A DNA stretch of 62,926 bases, filler included, from Reclinomonas americana ATCC 50394 (lineage: Eukaryota), in assembly GCA_048213135.1 (NCBI GenBank). It is 18 parts of 18 records of this genome, joined end to end, with 100 filler letters (N's around TTAATTAATTAA, not from the genome) between each part and the next. Parts side by side here need not be neighbours in the genome. Positions count along the whole stretch, not along the records: positions 55,051 to 61,374 come from AFZH01021774.1; positions 61,475 to 62,926 come from AFZH01021776.1; 16 more parts are not named here. The stretch is one strand, 5' to 3'. The notes under the pieces are model-generated. The model was not told the DNA's origin and did not search any database. It was given only the letters and a program-made list of their open reading frames with translations. Below are positions 57,440 through 62,926 of this stretch, one piece after another. Every line of letters begins with the position of its first letter. Within the stretch, counting starts at the first letter, position 1. Both the position numbers and the translations under genes were made by a program.

Positions 57440-60400
57440 CATCAATGACTGACTTGTCTTGCCCACAGCTCGCTGGTGACGTCCGAGTACGTCATGACGA
57501 CCATCATCTCTGCCTGGCTGTTTCCGTCGCGCGTCCTGGTGCGTGCGTCTCCTCTGCACCAGTTTTGCAACAGCGTGCGTTGACTGACGGCGACGCCCAC
57601 TCACAGATTCTGCTCAACATTCTCTGCACGTCGTCCATGTGCTTTGTCAAGGCGTACTGGTTCCTTGGTCACTCGATGGTGCGTTGTGGAGGTGAAGGGA
57701 AGAGGGAGAGAGAGAGAGGAGAGTGCGAGAGAGTCGATGTTTGTGCACATGTGATAGAGATGTGGGGATGAAGGCGTGAGAAGCATGCTGGGGCAATCAA
57801 TGGAGAAGGGCTCAACAGAAAGCCAATGCAGCACGAGAACCAGGAAGGTTATCGAGAAACACGAACTAATTAGTTAGTTATGGTATACTATGGTTTCTGA
57901 AGATGATAGTGAAGAACGAGCAGTCGACATAATAATTTGCTCCTTCTCGTTCTTCTTTCATTTTGCTTATTTGAGTTTGCGACTGGATGCGGCTTCTTTG
58001 GTCTTTTTCCTTTGCAGATGCCCTGCTTCTACTCTTGATTGGTGACTGCTCGTTCCACTGAAAGAAAAGTAGTATGTTGGTTTGTCAGAGGTGAAGAGAA
58101 GGAGGTGTCTGAGAGAGTAGTCGCAGAAGGAAGTGCTGAGAGACAGAAGCGAGGCGATCAGGAGCCATTTTCATATGTAGAAAGGAAGTGCACGAGATTT
58201 GCTGGCGATCGCTGGTCTGTTGTGTGTGTGTGTGTGCCCAGTGAATATATCATCATTGCTTGTTTACCATGATCTCCCACAAGACTCACGTGCTTGTTTA
58301 CACAGGATCTCAGCCTGTGCGTCGCGCTGCTGATGCTTCTGCTGGGACTCCGCTTCATGGTGAGACCACTGCTTACCTTCCTACTGACATCCTTCCTCAC
58401 CCGTGTGCGCACACAGAATCTCTTCGAGGGCGTGTCTGTGATGCTGCAAACTATGGAGGCCGCCAACTTCCAGCTGCAAGACTCGTACGACAAGCTGTCC
58501 GTCACCTACACCCTGCTGCAAGAGAAGGCGGGCGCCCTTGAAGACTCCATCCGGGACCGCGACATGTTTTTGAGCCGGGTGCGTGGACCTGGTTGCAGCC
58601 TGGCCTTGCTCGACGGTGGTGGCTGACTGCTGCCTTGTGCTGCGTGCAGTGTTCGCACGAGCTGCGCCAGCCGTGCTTCGGCATTATCTCCGCACTCGAA
58701 TCGTACCAGCCGCTGCCTGCAGAGGTGATGGCAACCAGTGGAAATACCCGGCATCAGGAGAACAATGATTGCGTTGCGTTGGAGGGCAAGGGATAGAATT
58801 GTGGAGAGAGAGTCACCTCTTTCGTTGCTCTTACTAATGGCTCTGCTTTCTTTTGCACTCCGATTCGTTTGCCATTGCTTGTCACCTTGGTGATATCTCA
58901 CCATTGTACACGATCTCTGGTTACACAGCTGAGCTTGTCTTTTCTCACCTTACTCTGTATGTATCTGCGTCGGTGTCGTCGTCTCTGTTTCAGCCATCTG
59001 TCCTTTGTCATCCTGCAAACATCTTCTGTTCTTGTGTAGCCTTCATGCTATCGCTCCATGACTGCGGGTTGTCACTCCACGACGTCTGCTCCGTTTTCTC
59101 ACCTCTCTGTACATTTCTGTGTCGGTAGATATCGCGGGTTTTCGTTTCCTCTATCTTCTGTTTTCCTGTGCGCATCGCACCATGACTTCGGGTCGCCACC
59201 AACTTCTGCTCCAATCATGTATGTACCTGTGTTGGTGGCGTCATCGCTGTCACAGCACGTTTCCGTCTCATCCATCCTCTGCGTTCTTGCAAGCATCTCC
59301 TGTGTCAGCCTGACCATCATTCTGTCGCACCAGGGCTGCGAGTCATCTCCACAACTTCTGCTCCTATCATGCATGCACCTGTGTCGCTGTTATCCTATAT
59401 TGTAGCCTCGTCTATCCAATACCGTCTTGCACGCACATGTCGGTGGCGTGATCGCTGTCACAGCACGTTTCCGTCTCATCTATCCTCTGCGTTCTTGTAA
59501 GCATCTCCTGTGCTCGTGTAACCTTAATGCTATCACGCCTTGACTGTGGATGATCACACCACGAGTCCTGCTTTGTTCTCTCACCTCTCTGTGCATCTCG
59601 TTTCGTCTCCCCTATCCTCTGCGTTCTTGCACGCATTTTCTGTGCTTGTGTAACCATCACCCTGTCGCACCACGACTTCTTCTCTTTTTATGTGTGTATC
59701 TGTGTCGGTAGCATTGTCGCCGTTACAGCACGCTTCCGTCTCCTCCGTTCACAACCTTCCTGTGTGCTTGTAACCTCCTCACTGCTCACTCCACAAAGTC
59801 CGTCGTTTCACTTGTCACTGACATGTCTCCTCGTCTCTTCTCTCTTCATCTGTACATATGTGCGTCAGTGGCGTCATTGTCTCAGCTCCACAATTATTCT
59901 GCACGCATATCCTGGTCCACTGAGTCTGTCTATTCATTAATCACTGACATGTCTCTTCCGCTCTTCTCCCTCTGTGCAGGTCTATGATGCCACGCGATGC
60001 ACAAGGACGCTACTGGCACTGCTCAATGGTGACTTCACCCTTCATTCTTCTTCTTCCCTCATACCTTCATATTCACAAGTCAATCTGACGCAGACCTGCT
60101 CGACTCGATGAAGGAGCGCCGCCTGCCTACGACACTCAACTGCACGCCCGAGAACCTGCCCGAGCTGCTGGACGCCGCCACCATCAACGCGCGATACATG
60201 ATCAAAGCGTTGCGTCACCCTCTCCTTGCCAACAGACGGCACAATGCTCACACCTCTCCACCCCGCGACAGCTCCAAGAAGGCGGACCTGCAACTGATGA
60301 TCAAGCTGAGCGAGTGGTTGGCGCAGGCAAAGGACGAGACGCACGAGGTGTGGCTGGATAGGTTGCGAATCACGCAGTGCGTGTCCAACCTGCTCTCCAA

Positions 60401-62287
60401 TGCTGTCAAGGTGCGCTGTTTGTGAGGGCACGCAGACAGACTGTCGCCACCCGCTCACTCATACTCTGCTGCAGTTCACAACCTCTGGCTCCGTCACCGT
60501 ACTCTGCGAGGTGGCAGAACGTCTGCCCTGCGAGCCACACGATCTCCCCGAGCACATCCATGGAGGTGAGTGTTTCCTTCCTCCTTTGTGCGTCGTCACA
60601 GTGTCACTCACCGCCACCTGCGCCAGCACCCAAGCATCGGTACATGCCGGTGGCGTCACCCGTTCAGGCACTGGTGGTTTCGGCATCGTCGGCGACGGCC
60701 GCGCTGCTGGAATGCAAGAGGCACTACTTTCTGCAAATCTGCGTGGCCGACACGGGGCCTGGACTGCCGGCCGCTGATGCGAGGCGGCTCATGGAGCCGT
60801 TCTTCCAGAGTGCGGCGGTGGTCAACAGTACCGGGTTTAGGGGGAGTGGGATTGGTCTCGGTGAGTGGTGGGGGAGGAAGGGGGGAGAAGGGGGAATAGG
60901 GGAAGAGGGGGAAGGGGGAAGCAGGAGAAGGGAGGGATAAGGGAGGGGGAGCGCAGGAGAGAAGAGGAGAGGAGAGGAGAGGGGAGGAGAGGGAGGAGAA
61001 GAGACTTGGAAGAAAGATGAAAAGAAAAGCGAGGAGTTGGAAGGAGGAAGATGGGAAGCGAGCAGAAAAAGGAGATGCGAAGAGAATAAAACAGCAGAGG
61101 AGACACGGGAGAACAAGCGAAGATAAGCAAGGAGATGATATCAGATGAGCAGAGAAGAGCAGAGAAGAGCAGAGAAGCAGAGCAGAGCAGAGCAGAGCAG
61201 AGCAGAGCAGAGCAGAGCAGAGCAGAGCAGAGACGCGAAAACAAGAGAAGAGAATGAAAAATTCAGCAGAAAAGTGAAGTGAAGTGAAGTGAAGTGAAGA
61301 GAAGAGAATAGAAGAGAAGAGAAGAGAAGAGAAGAGAAAGAGAAAGAGAAAGAGAGAAGAGAGGAGGAGGAGGANNNNNNNNNNNNNNNNNNNNNNNNNN
61401 NNNNNNNNNNNNNNNNNNTTAATTAATTAANNNNNNNNNNNNNNNNNNNNNNNNNNNNNNNNNNNNNNNNNNNNCTCCCTGCTCTCCCTCTCTCTCACTC
61501 CCTGCTCTCCCTCTCTCTCTCTCTTTCTCTCTCAATTTCCACCAACACTCTCTGCCTCGCAGGTTCGAGTCCACACCCGGTACTGGCTCACGCTTCTACA
61601 TCTCGGTGCCGTACGTGCCAGTGAAGAGGTCTCTCGTGCCCCTCGCTGCCACCGCCCCGCATTCAAACGACTCACTTTCCCATCCAACAGATCACCACCC
61701 GTCGAAGAGTCGACGAGATCCACCCCCACATCAGTGCAACTACTCCGCTGCGTGCTGATCGACGACAGTCGCATCGTCACCAAGTCCCTGGAGCGATTCT
61801 GCCTGTCGCACGCGGTGAGCAAGCACGATGAGCAATCCAATCGAGATGACATCACTCCTTCCCTCACCTCACCTCGCCGCAGTCTCCACCCGTCAGTGTC
61901 GCTGGCGTCTTCCACGACGGCAAGCCGTTTGTGGAGTGGCTCGACGGCCAACTGCGTGACTCGCCCGACCTGCTGCCGCACGTGGTGTTCATCGACAAGA
62001 ACATGTGCGAGTTGCACGGCGACGAGACCATTGACCGCATGGAGAGCATGTTGGCCTCGAGGGGTCTGCCGCACACGCTGACAGTGGTGACGATGACTGG
62101 CGACGACACGGATGTGTTCAAGAAGCGATGCGACGGCAATCGTCTGCGTTTTGTTCGCTTGCGGAAGCCAATGACCAAGGTGCAGGTGCATGGTGTGCTG
62201 AGGGAGGCGGCGGGGGTGGTGCAGGAGGGGGAGAAGGAGGAGGGGAAGGAGGGGAAGGGCGAGACGATGGGAGAAAATGTACAGTGA
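56609..62287 (+). CDS. Membrane-bound hybrid sensor histidine kinase (TM region-HisKA-HATPase-receiver); true start lies upstream and is unresolved; one exon is probably lost in the 61.4-kb gap
   Basis: H box FLSRCSHELRQP; N box RITQCVSNLLSNAVKFT; G1 VADTGPGL; F EPFFQ; G2 GSGIGL; G3 ESTPGTGSRF; receiver VLIDD...VVFIDKNM...TMTG...LRKP; several hydrophobic exons at 56.7-58.4 kb. Confidence 0.92.
57220..57350 (-). mobile_element. Dispersed element, module A copy in a histidine kinase intron (antisense to host)
   Basis: Reverse complement CAACAACAACACCAACTTTACTAATCCAAACAGCAACACAGCTGCATGATGATCACCATCTTGAGTGAGCACCAGAAACTCAGACATCACGG matches 2833-2945. Confidence 0.75.
58960..59760. repeat. Degenerate tandem repeat (~200-260 bp) in a histidine kinase intron
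   Basis: TGT(C/T)GGTGGCGT.ATCGCTGTCACAGCACGTTTCCGTCTCATC.ATCCTCTGCGTTCTTG at ~59228 and 59438, with degenerate copies at ~58967 and 59701. Confidence 0.8.
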
Positions 62288-62926
62288 TTGATGGGAAAAA
62301 GGAGAAGAGGAGAGATACTACGTAAGGGATGGAGTCAGGACCAGTCGATGAGAGCAGAGTCGACGAAGAGGGCTCATGAGACCAAGGAGATTCGATCGCC
62401 CATCTCTCTAATAAGTGCTTGTCAAACTCGCAATTGTGCAGCTTTGTATGTACCACAAGTCTCAATCTTTCTCGCTTCGCACGAAGCACTGGAGGCATTA
62501 AAGTCCATCTGACTCAGAGCTCTCCTCTTCTCTTCTCTCTCCTGTTTCTGCATTTCTCTCAGTCTTCGCTCTTGCTCTCTCTTATTCTCCTCTCTTCTCC
62601 CTTCTGTTCTCTGTTTTCTCTTCTCTTCTCTCCTCCACTCTTCTCAACCCTGCAAACTTCTTGTCTTCTCTAGCCCTCTCCCTTCCTCCTCTCATCTCCC
62701 TTTTCCTCTCCACCCTGCTCTTCTCTTCGCTCTCCTCTCTTCTCTTATGCTCTGTCTTTCATTCTCTCCACATTCTCCTCTATTCTGTTCTCTAGGCAAA
62801 TCAACGAGACGCACACACACATGTACACGCACATGCACACGCGTAACAATGTTCACGCGGAGGAACGAGAAGAGACGAGAGACAAGGATTCATTTCTGCG
62901 ATCAATGCACTCACTCACTCGCCCTC

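Overview
Gene-dense, intron-rich nuclear DNA from a microbial eukaryote. It is probably a flagellated non-animal protist, because TPGS2 and a hybrid histidine kinase co-occur with PARP6/8-, ependymin- and SLC52-like genes. It is a draft scaffold with about 20 gaps (N-run/TTAATTAATTAA/N-run spacers), most of which fall in microsatellite-rich introns. By manual splicing I recover about 17 genes: eIF2D, G-protein beta, TPGS2, an SLC52-like transporter, a HIG1-domain protein, SPCS1, a UBA-containing PARP6/8-like protein, MTAP, UBA2/SAE2, MFSD1, an ependymin-related protein, a membrane hybrid histidine kinase, and five unassigned genes. The strongest unusual signal is in splicing. At least 19 inferred donors (about a quarter of those I could place) read GTTG[C/A/T]G(T), which is the organism's normal GTG[C/A/T]GT motif shifted one base into the intron, and they almost never have the exonic -1 G seen at other donors. 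Many long introns are also polarised, with a G/A-rich 5' part and a complementary C/T-rich 3' part. Other observations are a modular dispersed element family, an array of exon-like peptide repeats, and convergent gene pairs only 28-79 bp apart. All gene models come from reading frame and remembered protein-family motifs; no transcript data or database searches were available.
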